From Eledone cirrhosa (lineage: Eukaryota), in the NCBI GenBank assembly GCA_964016885.1, contig OZ024741.1:323144001-323208000 (forward strand): a stretch of 64,000 nt of DNA, given 5' to 3'. The notes under the pieces were generated by a model that was given only the letters and a program-made list of their open reading frames with translations, was not told the origin of the DNA and did not search any database. Both the position numbers and the translations under genes were made by a program. Shown piece by piece: positions 49,856 through 64,000 of the stretch. Position 1 is the first letter of the stretch. Each line of letters starts with the position of its first letter.

Positions 49856-51689
49856 ATAGATACATAGATAGATAAATTAAAAACTTAAACACTCAATATA
49901 TGTTTATATATTAGTGTATATATTTAGTCGTTTTTTTTTTCAATCCTAATATAACACACACACAGATATAGATATATATATTTATAATTATATATATATA
50001 CATATACTGGAGTGGGTATATAAACGCTAGACTACAGAAAACTTTCTCACATTAACTAAAAGATCACTGAATACTTGTTAGCAAATAGTAAGATATATTT
50101 TCGGAATAAAAAAAGCTGCAATGACTTAAAAGTTTTGGTGACATATATATATCTAAATAGGTTCCTTATAAGAAGAGGCATCATGTTTGATTGGACATTT
50201 TTGCTTATCACTTTATCGACCATATACCAAAGTTCAATGCTGCCATTTTATTAATTTTCTTGTCAGGGTACTATTTTCTACATTACCTCAGTCCACTCTA
50301 CATTTAGTTGGAATGGCTACTTGGTCATTTGTGTTAAAGACTGGTATCCTATCCATGAGAAGATATATCTTTCATCCACTCTGTTCAGTTTTGGAGCAGA
50401 ACACTATATTCTGCATTCCCTCATTGTTGGTATGGGAGACTGCCTGTAGTACAAATGACAAGAAGCATTTTAAGGCCATTTTCCCTGCAGGCCCATAACA
50501 AGTTTTTCTATTTTACCCTGTCACCTACTTACCTTGTTCACCAGCTCTCTGGCTTTTGTTTCTTCCTCTATCATTTATGGTCATGCCTTTTTTGTCTTTC
50601 ACTTCCTCTTTTTCCTTCTTTATTGAGCCCCATCACTCCTCTCACTCAGTAACTTTCTTCCTTCCTCAACCCATGACCAGACCATCTCATTTCATTTTTC
50701 TTCACAAAATCTAATCATCTTCTATTGAGAGGTGTTTGTTGTTTATTCCTAGTTCAAGTTTGATACAAAAATAAAAAATAATAATAAATTAGAAAAGAAA
50801 AGGAAACATTGTCACCAATGGTTTTTCCATTGGTGATAGTTTGCCAGTTGCAACTCCTGGCAAAAGGGAGTGAAATTTTAATTTTGAACACACAGTGCCA
50901 GATTAGATACTGCAAAGCATCCCATCCCACTTTTAACAGAAAATCTTTAATATCAGGTTTTTGGTTGTAGAAAGGATCCTCAAAGAAGATTAGGTCATAA
51001 GGCTGCGTGTTTAAGTTTCTTCGTAAGGAGAGGATCAATTCAGAATGCACACGTTAAAATATAATAAGGGTTTATTTTCTTCCGTAAATTATTACATGTA
51101 CTAAAAGAGTAAAAAGCTACTGGCATGCCACATAATTAAGTTGAACTAGTTGTTGGGCCCTTACCGACAGGGCCAAAGTTTCTTGGTAAGTTCTACATTT
51201 TGCCAGTTGCTCCAGGGAATGGATTTAGTAATGTCTTGTCTCTATGAAAATGAAGCTGCAACTGTTTGGTAGAAATCTAAAGAGGTGCGAATTCCCTTGC
51301 TGGGCAGAAGTCACTGCCTGGTAATCCTACGCCGCCGACTTACAGGCCTGGTGACTGAACCCAATTGTTCCGCCGTGATAAGGTAGTGCCATTGCTTACT
51401 ACACACTCTTTAACAATTCCACCAACTCACCACTCCTAGACTGGTACATTTATTGACCTCAGAATAATGAAAGGCAGAGTTGACACAGGAGCCTTGCTTT
51501 GAGAATAAAGCTTCACCTACCTCCTATCAGCTTGAAGACACAACTGGGCTACTTGCAGGGATCAAAGTAGTAGTTAGAATAGTAATTCTCATAAACTGGA
51601 GGCACTTGGCTCTTGGGAGAGGAATTTTAGTAAAGGAAATAATTTGGGAGGAATGTTAGTCAAGATAAAAATCCAACTTGGGAAAGAAT

Positions 51690-52830
51690 AGCATAGAGCG
51701 TTGCTAGTGTCAGTGGTGTCAGACTGACTGAAATGAACAAACATTCCTTATTGGGCACATGCACACGAAATAAGTGCAGCATTCAAAGGTCATCAAGGTT
51801 AGCAGTCATCACTGAATATCAAATTTACCATGAAGCACACCACCGATGACAAGTTCTTTGCTCTCTTTGAATTCTGACTAAACATCACAGAATATGGTGC
51901 GTTAAGACAGACTTCTAATGCAAGGTGGCCTGCAGGGACATTTTCGTACACTTAAAGTCTGCCCTTCCTAACAACACTAAGAGAAAGAGTGCATCACAAA
52001 CAAGATTACACAGACAGGAAATAGATGCAGTGATTTCATGAGTAGTGTCACCCACACCAAGCAATTCCACAGGGTGTTGGAAGCCAATGGCTATCCAGCA
52101 TCCTTCAGTAACAGAATGAGGAACCCCAGACACAGGAAGGCGGAAAAACCTGACCAATAAGTGCTTCCTCAGGACCCCACACCAGGGCAAAAGAACCACT
52201 AGCACTATCTGCAGGGCCATACAAAGAGAGGTTCTCGACATCCAATTGGACCACTCGGGACCCTCCCTATGGAGATGCCTTTCCAAGAAGTAACACAACA
52301 TGGATAATAAGTGATCCCTCAGCAATTCCCAATACATCACACAGAGTGTTGCTTGTGTGCTGCACATACAAATCAAGGGGCACATTCGCACTAGAGCCTT
52401 GTCCTTTCGGAAACATGTCACCAAATGTTGAAACAAGGACAGAAGACTCACTGTCACAGTGCTACAAGCAGAATGCAACATCAGGACTCTAAGGATCAAG
52501 AAAGCACTTCTGATAAAATGACTGGAACTGCCAATCATCAACAGTGAAATGTGGTGGCTGATCTAACCCGAACAAGGAGACACACACACAATAACATATG
52601 AGTGTGGGGATATTAATGTACATTCAGAACTTTTACCTGCCTGCCTGTATGCAAACAGATGGACAGACTCTGCTGCTATGCTATGCCTGCCACCAATATT
52701 TTGCCCACCTACCTTCCACATCAACCAAAGCCACTACCAGAATACAATGAAACACTCATGCATGTGCATGGACCTGGCCATATCACACCCATCTCAGGCT
52801 TTTGTGGTGACTACTAACCTTGATGACCTT
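51690..52830 (+). mobile_element. Degraded RTE/BovB-like LINE remnant
   Basis: Endonuclease remnants (DAVIS*VVSP, GNPRHRK) followed by C-terminal zinc-finger-like sequence; large internal deletions. Confidence 0.55.
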
Positions 52831-52959
52831 TGAATGGCCATGCCAATTTTGCATGCTCATGCCCAATAGAGAATATTTGTTTGTTTATTTCAGTCAGTCT
52901 GTCTGACACTGATACTAGCAACAGACGGCCATGTAAATTTCTCTCTGACAATCTCCGAG

Positions 52960-53430
52960 GTTCTTTTCGACACCCATACCCCGTCCAATACTGCAACACC
53001 CACTTACACTGTAAAGTTATGTTGGTATCACAACAAAAAAGCATCCAGCCCACACTGTAAAATAGTTGTGTAGGTGTCACAACAAAAAGCACCTAGGCCA
53101 CATTGTAAAGTGGTTGTGTAGGTGTCACAACAAAAAGTACCTAACCCACACTGTAAAGTGGTTATGTAGGTGTCACGACAAAAAGCACCTAACCCACATT
53201 GTAAAGTGGTTGTGTAGGTGTCACAACAAAAAGCACCTAGCCCACATTGTAAAGTGGTTGAGTAGGTGTCATTGCAAAAAGCACCTAGCCCACACACTAT
53301 AAATGTGGTTGGAGTTAGGAAAGGCATCCAGCCGTAGAAAACCAGCCAGAAACAGTTCTATACAAGCGAAACTCGGTCACCTGACCCAACTTGCTTCAAA
53401 GATAGACGTTAAACGACAATGATGATGATA
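52960..53430 (+). repeat. RTE 3' UTR fragment containing ~6 tandem 48-bp units
   Basis: CACACTGTAAAGTGGTTGTGTAGGTGTCACAACAAAAAGCACCTAGCC recurring at 53051, 53099, 53147 and onward. Confidence 0.85.
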
Positions 53431-54214
53431 TTGATGAAGGTATATGATGAAAAGCTAATATATCCAAACTATAAGGGAGATAGTGAATTAACAGTCCACA
53501 TAAAAAAAACTGCTGCTTCAGATTTAAACCCATTTGGGATTACTAAATTTTCAAAGTTTGAAAAAGTTGTTCATATTAATATGAAAGGTTCAAAATAGGA
53601 GAGGAATTGAGGAAACCTGGGATTGCAAGGGAAGAGATGCGACCTGGGCCTCTGAGAACTACTCAGAAAGCCTATCATCTACAACCACTGAACACCAACT
53701 GAGCTGCTTATAGGATCCAAAGTAATAGTTAGAAACAACACAAGCCAGAGTTTCCTGTCCCCACTCCCAATCCTCCTCATCAATCTCCAAGGTTTTGTAA
53801 GTCAGTGGCCTTCTGATTCTCAGTAAGCTATAAACACAACAATATCATAGACACAAACATACATTCGTTTAAAGATTATTAGTAATATATTTGTTTTTTA
53901 TTTACAAAACATCAATGTTGATGCTGAGTCATTCATACTTCCTGATGGCTCACTCAGCAGGTTAATGAAACTGGTGCAGATGTACTGGTGTATCTACATG
54001 TATCTATCTATGTCTGTCATAGACACACAATATATATATATATAAGTGTGTGTGTGTATAGCCTGCAGTGCTCAGACAGGAAAACCACAAATTAGGATAG
54101 TACTATATGCATGGGAAAAAGCAGAGTGGGTATAAACGAAGGTAAAAACCTGAACACGACTCCCAGCAATTTCAGCTAGTATTTGGGTTTTTACCTTCCT
54201 TTATATATATATCA

Positions 54215-55035
54215 TCATCATCATCATCATCATCATTGTCATTTTAATGTCTGCTTTCCCTGCTAGCAAGGGTTGGATGGGTCCATATAGACAAAGTCCA
54301 TACTGAAGTGGAGCCACAGAACTCCCAAACTAGCCAGGGACCTGTGTGCTTATGTAGAGTCTCATGTTCCATTGAATGCTCAGGAGAGATTTTCATGCCT
54401 TTGACACAACTGAGGGTACTCCCAAGCCTTTGTTTAGCAAGATTTCTATGGCTGGATGCCCTGCCTATCACCAAGTTTTTTCCCTCAGTTTGCTTATGCT
54501 ATATCGCTCAAGCACACTAACATTGCACATCCATCGGAGCATACTCGACTCATTTCTTTCTAGCCTCCGCAAGTCTTCTGCAGTCAAGGTCCGTGTTTCA
54601 CTGCCATGTAATACAGCAGTTTGCACTCAGGCATCATACAGTCAACCCTTCACTCTGAGAGGAAAGCATTTTGTTGTTAGCAGTGGTAATAAAGCTCTAA
54701 ACTTCTCACCTATCTTTATCCTAGCTGTCACACTTTCAGTGCATCCTCCCTGACTACTAATTTGATCACTTAGGTAACCAAAGCTGTCCACAACTTCTAG
54801 AGAGCTCCCTGGTAGCTGAAGGAATCTATTTCATGTGTTCTTTGTGCTTACTGCCCCCATATAAAGTCTATATTTTCCGTTAGCCTACCTACAATCCCAC
54901 AACATCTCATGTACGCCCATACTTTATATTGTGTGCACCTTATGGTGTTTTTACTCACCCCTTTTCTGATATATAGAACATGACCACATTCCTGTCTTAT
55001 TCTCTACTTATTAAAACTTTCGTCTTCGCTATATT
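54215..55035 (-). mobile_element. Degraded RTE 3' portion
   Basis: Reverse translation gives LYDA*VQTAVLHGSETRTLTAEDLRRLERNESSMLRWMCN; (GAT)n tail. Confidence 0.78.
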
Positions 55036-55054
55036 TACATATATATATATATAT

Positions 55055-55275
55055 AATAATGCAGTTGAGGTCCTACTGCTAGCTCAAGTGGTTTCAGCTT
55101 GTAACCTCTGCAAGCTTTTGAGTACCCTGAATAAGCTTGGAGAAGTTACGAGCTGAAACACCTGAGCTTGCTGTTGGACCTCTACCTTATCAATATACCC
55201 ACAGTGTATCTCATTATGCATTGCATACTACTCTGATCTGTGGTCTTTCTGGTCTTTGCACCACAGACACTCCAT
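55055..55275 (+). mobile_element. Penelope-like end with degenerate palindrome centred on hammerhead helix II
   Basis: 55067-55117 vs 55133-55182 inverted; TTTC (55092) and GAAAC (55155) flank the inner stem. Confidence 0.6.
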
Positions 55276-55389
55276 ATATATATATATATATAAATATAAT
55301 AATAATAAGATCCCGTTAAGGGTGAAAGCAACGATTCTTTGCTTAAACTTTAATCTGTTATTTTAATAAATATATATATATATATATCA

Positions 55390-55552
55390 TGAAAAATTCG
55401 TTTCAACAGGTAGATCCAGTTCAGATCTAGCCGTTGAAACGGCAGATCAGCCATCTGGTTCCTGAATCTTTCATTTTACCCACTCTACTAACCTAAGTAT
55501 CGAGTACTCTCGTGAGTAATGGTCTAATGGATTTTACTGCTTCCATTCTGAT
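55390..55552 (+). mobile_element. Penelope-like end with short fold-back at helix II and shared tail
   Basis: CGTTTC-stem-GAAACGGC-agatca-GCCATC, then CCACTCTACTAACCTAAGTATCGAGTACTC; between (TA)n tracts. Confidence 0.65.
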
Positions 55553-55767
55553 ATATATATATATCGATATTTGCATCTCTATACACACAGTACAGAGGTA
55601 ACTGAGACGGCACATTGAGTATATAGACATGTAAACATGGCAGTTTATGTAAACTAAAAAAAATTTGACCCTTATTGGAGTCTCATCATCAGATATTTAC
55701 TTCAGCTAAACAGCTACAAGGAAATACATAACTGATGGGCTTATAAACCCTGCTTACTGCACAATTA

Positions 55768-56760
55768 TCATCATCGTTTAATGTCCATTTTCCATGCTAG
55801 CATGGGTTAGACAGGTTGTTCTATTTGAGTCAAGTCGGATCAGGTGACCATGTCTTGCTTATACAGAACTGTTTCTGGCTTGGCTTCTATAGCTGTGCTG
55901 GCTGCTTTTTGTCGTAAAACCTACATGACCACTTCAGTGTGGGCTGGGTCCTTTTTGCCATTAAACCTACATAACCACTTTACAGTGTGGGCTGGGGACT
56001 TTGGTGGATGGGGATTGGGGAGGTAGGTATAGGGACATAGTGTTAGGACTTAGGTGGGGTGTTAGAACATAGGTGTATTGAAGGGGAAATGGAGTCAAGT
56101 TGGTGCATACTAGATGTATGCTTCAGCCCGTGCTCATGGGAAAGCAGGTGTTCTGTATTACTGCATAACATCAGAGATCTTGGCCCCGTATCATCGCCTT
56201 TGAGAAGTGCAATTGTGCAGTCAGCTTTTATCACCTCATCTTAAGTCTTCCTACTTTATAGCTTCCACCAGCTTTGAGCACTGTGCACCTTTTTATACAA
56301 CTGTCAACCTTCCTACATATCACATGTCCATACCAACGCAATTTCCTCTCTTACACACTGTATCTGATCCCTCTCATGCCTAGTTTCTCCCTCAGTTCAT
56401 TTATATTACTATTACACATCCATCGGAGCATGCAGGTTTCATTTCTTTCCAACCTGCACAGGTCCTCTGCACACAGCTACCATGCAACATTGCTCTTTAT
56501 ATACATGCATCATACAATCTGCCCTTCATTTGGAGGGAAAAACCTTTTGTAGCTAGTAGCTCCCTGAGCTTTCTCCATCCTTCTTACTCTAGCTACTGTA
56601 CTTTCGGAACAGCCTCCACCACTTAAAAAAAAACCTCTACTTAGATTTTGTAACTTTTAGCTAGATACTTCTCCTGTAGTTGCCTTACGAGGAAGAGAGC
56701 ATCTGTGGTTCTTTTACCTGGCACAAATCCAAACTGCATTGCATCTAGGTTAACTATAGT
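55768..56760 (-). mobile_element. Degraded RTE 3' portion
   Basis: Homology to the RT C-terminus and 3' UTR of 9226-11138. Confidence 0.72.
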
Positions 56761-59658
56761 TGCAAAGTGACTTGACGACCAGGAGCTTCGTGATTGAATA
56801 CACTTTTGTTTGTGCATCCAAACCTGTTAGATGTATCCATCTATAGAAACCATGCTACAACAGGAATACCCACATACATATCCAACTATATGGGCCTGTT
56901 ATCTTCTTTCCAATTGATCCTTTGTCATATGTGTAGTCTTATTCTTCTAACTGTATAAGTCAACAGTTATCATTATTGTCATTTAAATGGTTTTATTATC
57001 TTTCTTTCTTGAGTTCAAATCCCTCCGAGGTTAGCTTTGCCTTTCATCTTTATGGAGTCAATATAATAAATTACCAGTGAGACACTTGGGTTTTGACTTT
57101 CCCTTCAAATTGCTGGCCTTGTGCCAAATGGAGAAACAATTCTCTTTCTTTCCTTCCTTTTACTCTTTGCTGTGGCTTATTTGGTAGTGTAGCTGGCTTC
57201 TTGTTCACCCGCTACAGAATAAGTTATTTGATAGGATCTTATTGTACAAATCTATAGAGTGGATGTAGCATGGCGGAATGATTAAGAGGTTTGTTTTACA
57301 ATCATAAGGTTCTGGGTTTCAATTCCACTGCATAGCATCTTGGAAAAAAGTGTCATTTACCATAGCCTTGGGTCGACCCAAGCTTTATGAGTGAAATTGA
57401 GTAGAGGGAAACTGTTTGGAAGCTTGTCAGGACTGTACCTGTAATTCAAAAGGCTAACCTTATCACACTGAACAACATGCTGAATCTCCCCGAGAAATAT
57501 ATTAAGGATGCATGAGTGTGTAGAATGTGAAATTAATATGGAAGTGGCTGAGCAAACAGTCTGCACTGTTGGTTGAATAACTGGAACAATTGGTGTCGAA
57601 AGTGGTTCTACAGAAATTTACTCCTTTACATAGATTTCATTAAAATTTAACTTTGACCAGTCATGGAGGTTATAAGAAAATAATTAAGGTGATGTCGGAC
57701 ACTGTATATGGTGAGTGTCCGACGTAGCTCAGCACAATAATAATGTATACACAACTCCAGATGCCCTAGAGGCTTCAGGAGTAAACCTTAAACTCCTACA
57801 GCTATGTGAGGACTTCTTTAAATTTCCACTTGTTTTTAACACTTCCGCAACTATATTTCTAATGAATGGCACACTATTTCAATTAATAAGTGAAAATTTT
57901 TTAGGGATTTACTAACATTATTATTTCATAATTAAGAGTGCATAGCTCGGAGATCAGGGAATCACTTTTGAATCACTCTCCGAATTAAGATATCACAGTT
58001 CTGATACTATGAACATGTGGTCAGAATGTCTAAGGAAAGAATCGCTAGACATTTTACAGGCAAAAACAACTGGCAGAAGATCCCAGAATAGACCCCAAGC
58101 AAGATGGTTGGATAATATCCATGATGAGCTTGGTTGGTCTCATTTGGGGATCCAACCAGATCAATTGAAGATAGCTGCTTCTGACAGGATCCAGTGGAAG
58201 GCATGCTTGAAGACTCTGCCCCCAAGACCCTCCCAGGAATAAGTGGGCAAAGGAGAAGATAGTAAATATGCGGTTATATAAAATTGCACTGGAAGATTTT
58301 AATTTAAATAGGAACCCTTTAAAATGGGATGTTTTGTTTCATAGAACTAGAGTAGGTTTTGGTCAGGGTTAAGGAACCAGCCATGGTGGCCACATATGAG
58401 ATGGAAATGTTTCTTTTGTGGTTTTTCTTACCATTTATAAAATAACTGCCCAGTGCTTTTAATTAATGTTTGAAAAAAAAAAAAAAAAAAAAAAGGACAT
58501 TATATGAGTGTGAATGGAAGATCTGATGAAGGTGAGAGGCAATAATGGTCAACTATCACTTACTGACCACCTGAATCTACCACAACCTCCGTCGCTGTGA
58601 ATGCAGATAAGATTATTTGCTCTCTTGGGTTCTTGTTAGATAACTACTAGTGCAGCTAGTTAAGCTACTAGATATAAACAATAAATATTAAAAACAGATG
58701 ATACACACATTGTGAATCTACGTGTAATTCAGTATATCAGTAGCTATTCCTGTTTCGTGGCTGCCAAGAAAGTAGATGTTGCCGTCCTCTGTTAATTGTT
58801 TGTTTCTCCTTTCCCCTCGGGCAAAAAGAAAAACACTTCATTCTATTTGTAATTTACTGTAATGCCATAGTTCCCTTGATCAAACTTAACTGTTGTTTTA
58901 CTCTGTCACCTTATCTGGCTATTTTAGTTTCTCTCTTGTCACATAATTCGCTTTCCTCTATCTTCCATAATGTCCACCTTTCTATTCTCCTATCATGGTA
59001 AGACCACCTTTTCTATTCTCCTTCCTCTATTTTCAGATGAAAGTCTTCGATAACCCTTCTTCCCAGCATTGCACAACTCCATTTAATTGCTTTTGTGTTG
59101 TTTTGTATCATCCTCCACACAGCTCTTCCTGTGATTTTCTCTATCCATTGACGTCCTCACTTAGACTGTGATCCTGCCTGTAATTAAGTATGAAATCCTA
59201 AATATCTATAGCAGTTGCTGACAAATAAAGATGTTGCTGTCCTTTGTTGTAATTATTTGTTTCTTCTTTTTCTCATGCACAATAAATTTGGTTATATATT
59301 ACATACAAAATAGTCTTCTGCAGTTTCGGTCTACCAGCTTTCACTCACAATGCATTTAACCTGAAGCTTTAAAAGACACTTGCCCATGCAGTGAATCTGA
59401 ACCCAAAACCATGTGGTTGTGAAGCAAACTCCTAAACCATACAGCTGTTCCTGCACCTTTTGTGAGAAAAAAAAAATATATATATATATATATTGAGGTG
59501 TCCCAGCATAGTCACAGTCTAAATACTGAAACCAGTAAAAGAATATATATTTAGCCTATAAATATAAATAATATAAAATACAGCAAATTATTAAGTTCTT
59601 ACTTCTTTATTCAATAAATGAAACATTGTAATCAAGACTGTAGTTTTCACATATTTAA

Positions 59659-60060
59659 CCCTTTCATTACCATATTTCTAATGAAATACAGTCTATGGTT
59701 TTCAATTAATTCTGAAAATAATGAAGAATTCGAAGGGATTTAGTAATATAACTTTCTCATTATTAAGCTGGCGTTTGGAACATAACTTAGCAAAGGTTCT
59801 TACATAAAATTGATGGAAGGTTTTTACATAAATATAAACACTTCAACTCTTTTGTTACAATATTTCTAATGAAATACATTGTCTATGATTTGCAAATAAT
59901 TTTGAAAATAATCAAGAATTTAATGGGATTAAGCTGGTGTTTGGAATATAACAAAGATTCTTACATAGAATTATAACAGAAGGTTTTTAGATAAATATAA
60001 ACACTTTAAAACAAACAGTTTTGTATCATGAGAACCAGCGGTGGTTTGGTATCAAAAAGG
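59659..60060. mobile_element. piggyBac-like MITE with internal tandem duplication
   Basis: TTAA|CCCTTT...AAAAAGG|TTAA. 59660-59840 is repeated at 59845-60005. Related copy at ~61290-61498; fragments at ~38790-38890 and 58280-58372. Confidence 0.65.
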
Positions 60061-61787
60061 TTAAATAAAATTTCATTACTTTCATACGGCACCTAACTAC
60101 ATTTCACCACACACCAGTGCCACAACATGCCATTTGGGAATTGCTCATCTAGGATTATGTTATCCAATGTATCCTTCCTTCTGTAAAATAGTGGAGTACG
60201 GTTTGAGGAATATTGGCTGTTATTTCTAACAGGTCCAGTGACATCATAGGCTATGAATAAAATTGTATGCTGTGGTATTGGACCTCCGTCAGTAAGAGTG
60301 ATGAGCATTCCAGTTTGATCAACAGAACAGCCTGCACGTGAAAGTAACATACAAGTGACTGAGCATTCCACAGACACATGTACCCATAACATATTTCTCA
60401 GGGAGATTCACCATGACAGTGTGAATTCTTATGTTTGGGTGCTTTTTAGGAGAAGAATGTTTTCTGATCGTGCTGGCAATGTTGTGTGGTTGAGAAGTTT
60501 GCTTTGCAACCACATGGTTTCAAGCACCAACCCACTGCTCAATACCTTTGATGAATGTCTTCTAATATAGCCTTGGGCTACCCAGTCCTTGTGAGAGAAT
60601 TTGAAAGACAGAAGCTGAGTGAATGACTGTCATTCATATATGTGTGTGTGCATGTGCGTGCCTTCACATTTGACATCATTTAAGCAAGTGGTGACGTTTG
60701 TTTATGTCCTGCATAAACGATATATACCATAGCTTAGCTGTCTGATGAAGATCAGCATTAAAATGTAAGTTGAAAATGAAGTGTGGGTTTACATCAGGAA
60801 TGGCAATCTGGCTATAGATAAAAAACAAAAAAAAATCTTGACCAGCCCAAGCCAATATGGGTGGAGGAATGGCAAAACCACTAGAATGTCAGACAAAATG
60901 CTTTGTGGTATTTATTCAAGCTCTTTACATTCTGATTCCAAATCTTGCCAAAGTCAACTTCCATCCTTCTAGGGTTGATAAAATAAAGTATGGGTCAATT
61001 ACTGGGAGTGTCAAATCGATTTTCTCCTCAAACCCCTAAATTTTAAACTATTATTTTATTGTAGACTTGCCTCAACCTTCCACCCCAAATTCCCTTCAAG
61101 ACTTGCTGAAAATGTCCAGACGCTGAAAGAAATCTTAACTCTTGACCTCCTGTAATATCTTATAACAGGCTTGTTAATTTAAATATTTATAGTGTCTTCG
61201 CTAGTGGACAGATCTGTATAAAAAACTGCACTATTAAGATAAAGACTAATGTAAATGTGATGCTATCAGAGCTGTTTTGTACGTTTTAACCCTTTTGTTA
61301 CCATATTTCTAATGAAAGACTGCCTAAGATTTCAAATAATTTTGAGAAATTGCTGATGGTTGGAACATAACTTAGATTCTTACATACAATTATGATGGAA
61401 TGTTTTTAGATAAATATGAACAATTTGAAACAAACAGTTCTATATCTATACCATAGAAACAAGGGCAATTTCAGGTGATTTGGTAACAAAAAGATTAATG
61501 TGATGCAGTTTTGTACTTTTTAGAATGTCTTGCTGATGCAGTTTCATGCGGTACAGGATGTTAAGAGTTAAATATACAAAAAAAGGAAACTGTTAAGATA
61601 GAATTATTTATTCCAAACAATGTTACTATACGTAGGAAGTTCATTGAATCAAATTAAGTATGCGCTTCTATAGTCACTAGGAAAGGAGTTCTTTTTTTAA
61701 AAAAAAAAAACTAAAAAAACAATAAAACAACAGAAAAAAATCCCCATCATCTCTGCGAGCATGAGATATATATATTATTTATATACA

Positions 61788-61825
<38 letters not shown>

Positions 61826-62694
61826 GTCGCACATATACACACTGGAGAAGAAAATAAACATTTTTTTGAAATTATTTTTTTTATCCCTACACATAACATA
61901 GTTTAGTAATAGGTATATCAATATATATATATATGTGTGTGTGTGAATGTGTGTATATATGTGTGCGTATGTATGTATGTATATATGTGTGCGTATGTAT
62001 GTATGTATGTATGTATGTATGTATGTATGTATGTGTATGTATGTGTGTATGTATGTGTGTATGTATGTGTGTATGTGTGTATGTGTGTGTGTGTGTGTAT
62101 GTGTGTGTGTATGTGTGTGTGTGTGTAATATGTAGAAAAAAGGTAAACAATGAGCAGTCAACGATGTTTTTGCTTTATGGAAAGGTGAGAGAGCACACAC
62201 ATGTATATATTACACATATACACACACATGTATATATCAAATCAACATATAAACATGTATGAATATAAGTTTGTAACAAAAGTTGGTATGTATATAAAGA
62301 AATGTATGTATAACATATGTATATGGTATGCAGCATGTATAATATAGCATATGCTATAAAGCGTTTACAAAATGTGTATATAAAGCATGTGTGTGTGTGT
62401 GTGTGTGTGAATTGGGTATAAAGAATGTATGTAGTGTGTACAGTTATTTTCTGTTTCTAAATATCACCCAAAGCAATTAATGATGCATTAATCAATAATA
62501 TTTTTAAAAAAATTTAGATTAGCTTAGAGCAAAAAAAAAAGTGAATGGAAAAGAGGGCAGGGAATAGAGAGTGAAGGAGAGTAAGGTGGATGAGAGAGAA
62601 CATTTACCCCCCCTTCTCATATGTGACACTCACACTCACTGGGAGATGGGATCTTAAAGAATGGGTAAGAAAGAAAAGATCAAAATTATGTGTG

Positions 62695-62741
<47 letters not shown>

Positions 62742-63894
62742 GTGTATATCATATATATAAATATCTGTGTGTATCTACACATACATATATACACATAGAA
62801 GTGTGTGTGTGTGTGTGTGTGTGTGTGTCTGCGTGTGTCTGCGCGTGTGTGCGCGTGTGTGTCTATAACTGTACAGAAAGTGTTTTGGTCCACACCCAGT
62901 TACACGAGCTCTGTCACTCCCACCATCACTGCCACCCCTAACATAACATGTACAAGACATGTTGAGAAGCTGGATTGATGATGATGAGAATAATAATAAT
63001 GATGCTTACAATGATGGCAGTGGTGGTGGTGGTGGTGGTGCTGCTATCACAGAAGCTGTGGTCACTGCCTACAGTTGACCATACCAATCCATCATTGTCT
63101 AGCACTGTTGTAATACTATGGATTAAAGCGCATAAATTTTACAGTGTGCATGCCAGTCTATGTGTATATGTGTGTGTGTGTATAGATGTAGTAGTTAAAA
63201 TATCCAAAGGGACAGAGAGAACTCAATCTTGTGAGAAGATTTACATGTGTTTTAATATAGACCAATGTTTCCAAGTACTAAGCACATGCTTCCAAACTTG
63301 AGTATTGTTGGTATAGTTTCCCTTCAGGTACATCTTGCATGATGTCACATTTGAGGAGAAAATGGGTGCAAACATTCCAGTTTGCAAATGTGTAGGAAAA
63401 CATCAGTCTATTCACATATATACATACACACACACACACACACACCTGAGTCATGTGACTAATTAAAGACTGAGATAAAGGCAGCCAACCGATAAAAATC
63501 AAGAAAGTAGTAGTAGGAGAAATAGTAGATGTCCGTTCAGTAGTAGTAACAAAACTCTAGAAATGTTAACAGTAGTAGTATTATTAGTAATAGTAAAAGT
63601 TGTGTTAGTAGTACTGGTGGTGGTAATAGTAGTAGTAGCAGAGGTGATGGTAGTGCTGTTTGTAGTGTTGGTGGTTAAAAATCTACCACAGTACTAGCAG
63701 AACAATGGAATCTTGGAACCATGTTTTTATTTTTACAATTATCATCTTTAATTACATTAGAAATTATTGTCATTAAAATTAATAATATAATCATCATCAT
63801 TATTATCATTGTCATCATCTTTATTATACTTGCAGAATTGATTTTAAGTAGCTATATATATTAAATAAATATACATATGTATATATAGATACAT

Positions 63895-63975
<81 letters not shown>

Positions 63976-64000
63976 TATATATATACACATACATATTGGA

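Noticed and set aside
50754-51050. Protein-like minus-strand ORF (HSELILSLRRNLNTQPYDLIFFEDPF...)
   Set aside because: No recognisable motif or flanking splice sites; cannot be supported without a homology search.
53000-53300. CRISPR-like regular repeats (also 23639-23985)
   Set aside because: Contiguous tandem units with no unique spacers, derived from the RTE 3' UTR in eukaryotic DNA; no cas genes.

Overview
Repeat-saturated, AT-rich eukaryotic (metazoan) DNA. The mix of (TA)n/(CA)n/(GAT)n microsatellites, RTE LINEs and tRNA-derived SINEs suggests an octopus-like cephalopod, but that is inference. One host gene is well supported: a divergent Rab5-family GTPase on the minus strand, with 5 coding exons (24402-24234, 20287-20136, 16073-15951, 14289-14196, 2475-2372), 213 aa, ending ...SCC. 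A candidate non-coding first exon/promoter lies near 39.7-40.2 kb. The rest is mobile DNA: a DD37D (maT) Tc1/mariner element, hAT and piggyBac-like MITEs, several RTE LINEs, an R4/Dong-like remnant, a degenerate Penelope (GIY-YIG) element, SINEs, and a non-coding LTR element with a tRNA-Trp-like PBS and 4-bp TSD. The most unusual signal is a set of short Penelope-like ends in or beside (TA)n tracts. Eight carry recognisable hammerhead-ribozyme cores, some degenerate. At least five others are DNA palindromes centred on hammerhead helix II: the GAAAC-stem III-GUH half is present twice in inverted orientation and the CUGANGA half is missing. This suggests fold-back self-priming at the ribozyme during reverse transcription. 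Almost all long ORFs in the supplied track are microsatellite artefacts or antisense shadows. All calls were made by eye, and boundaries of degenerate repeats are approximate.
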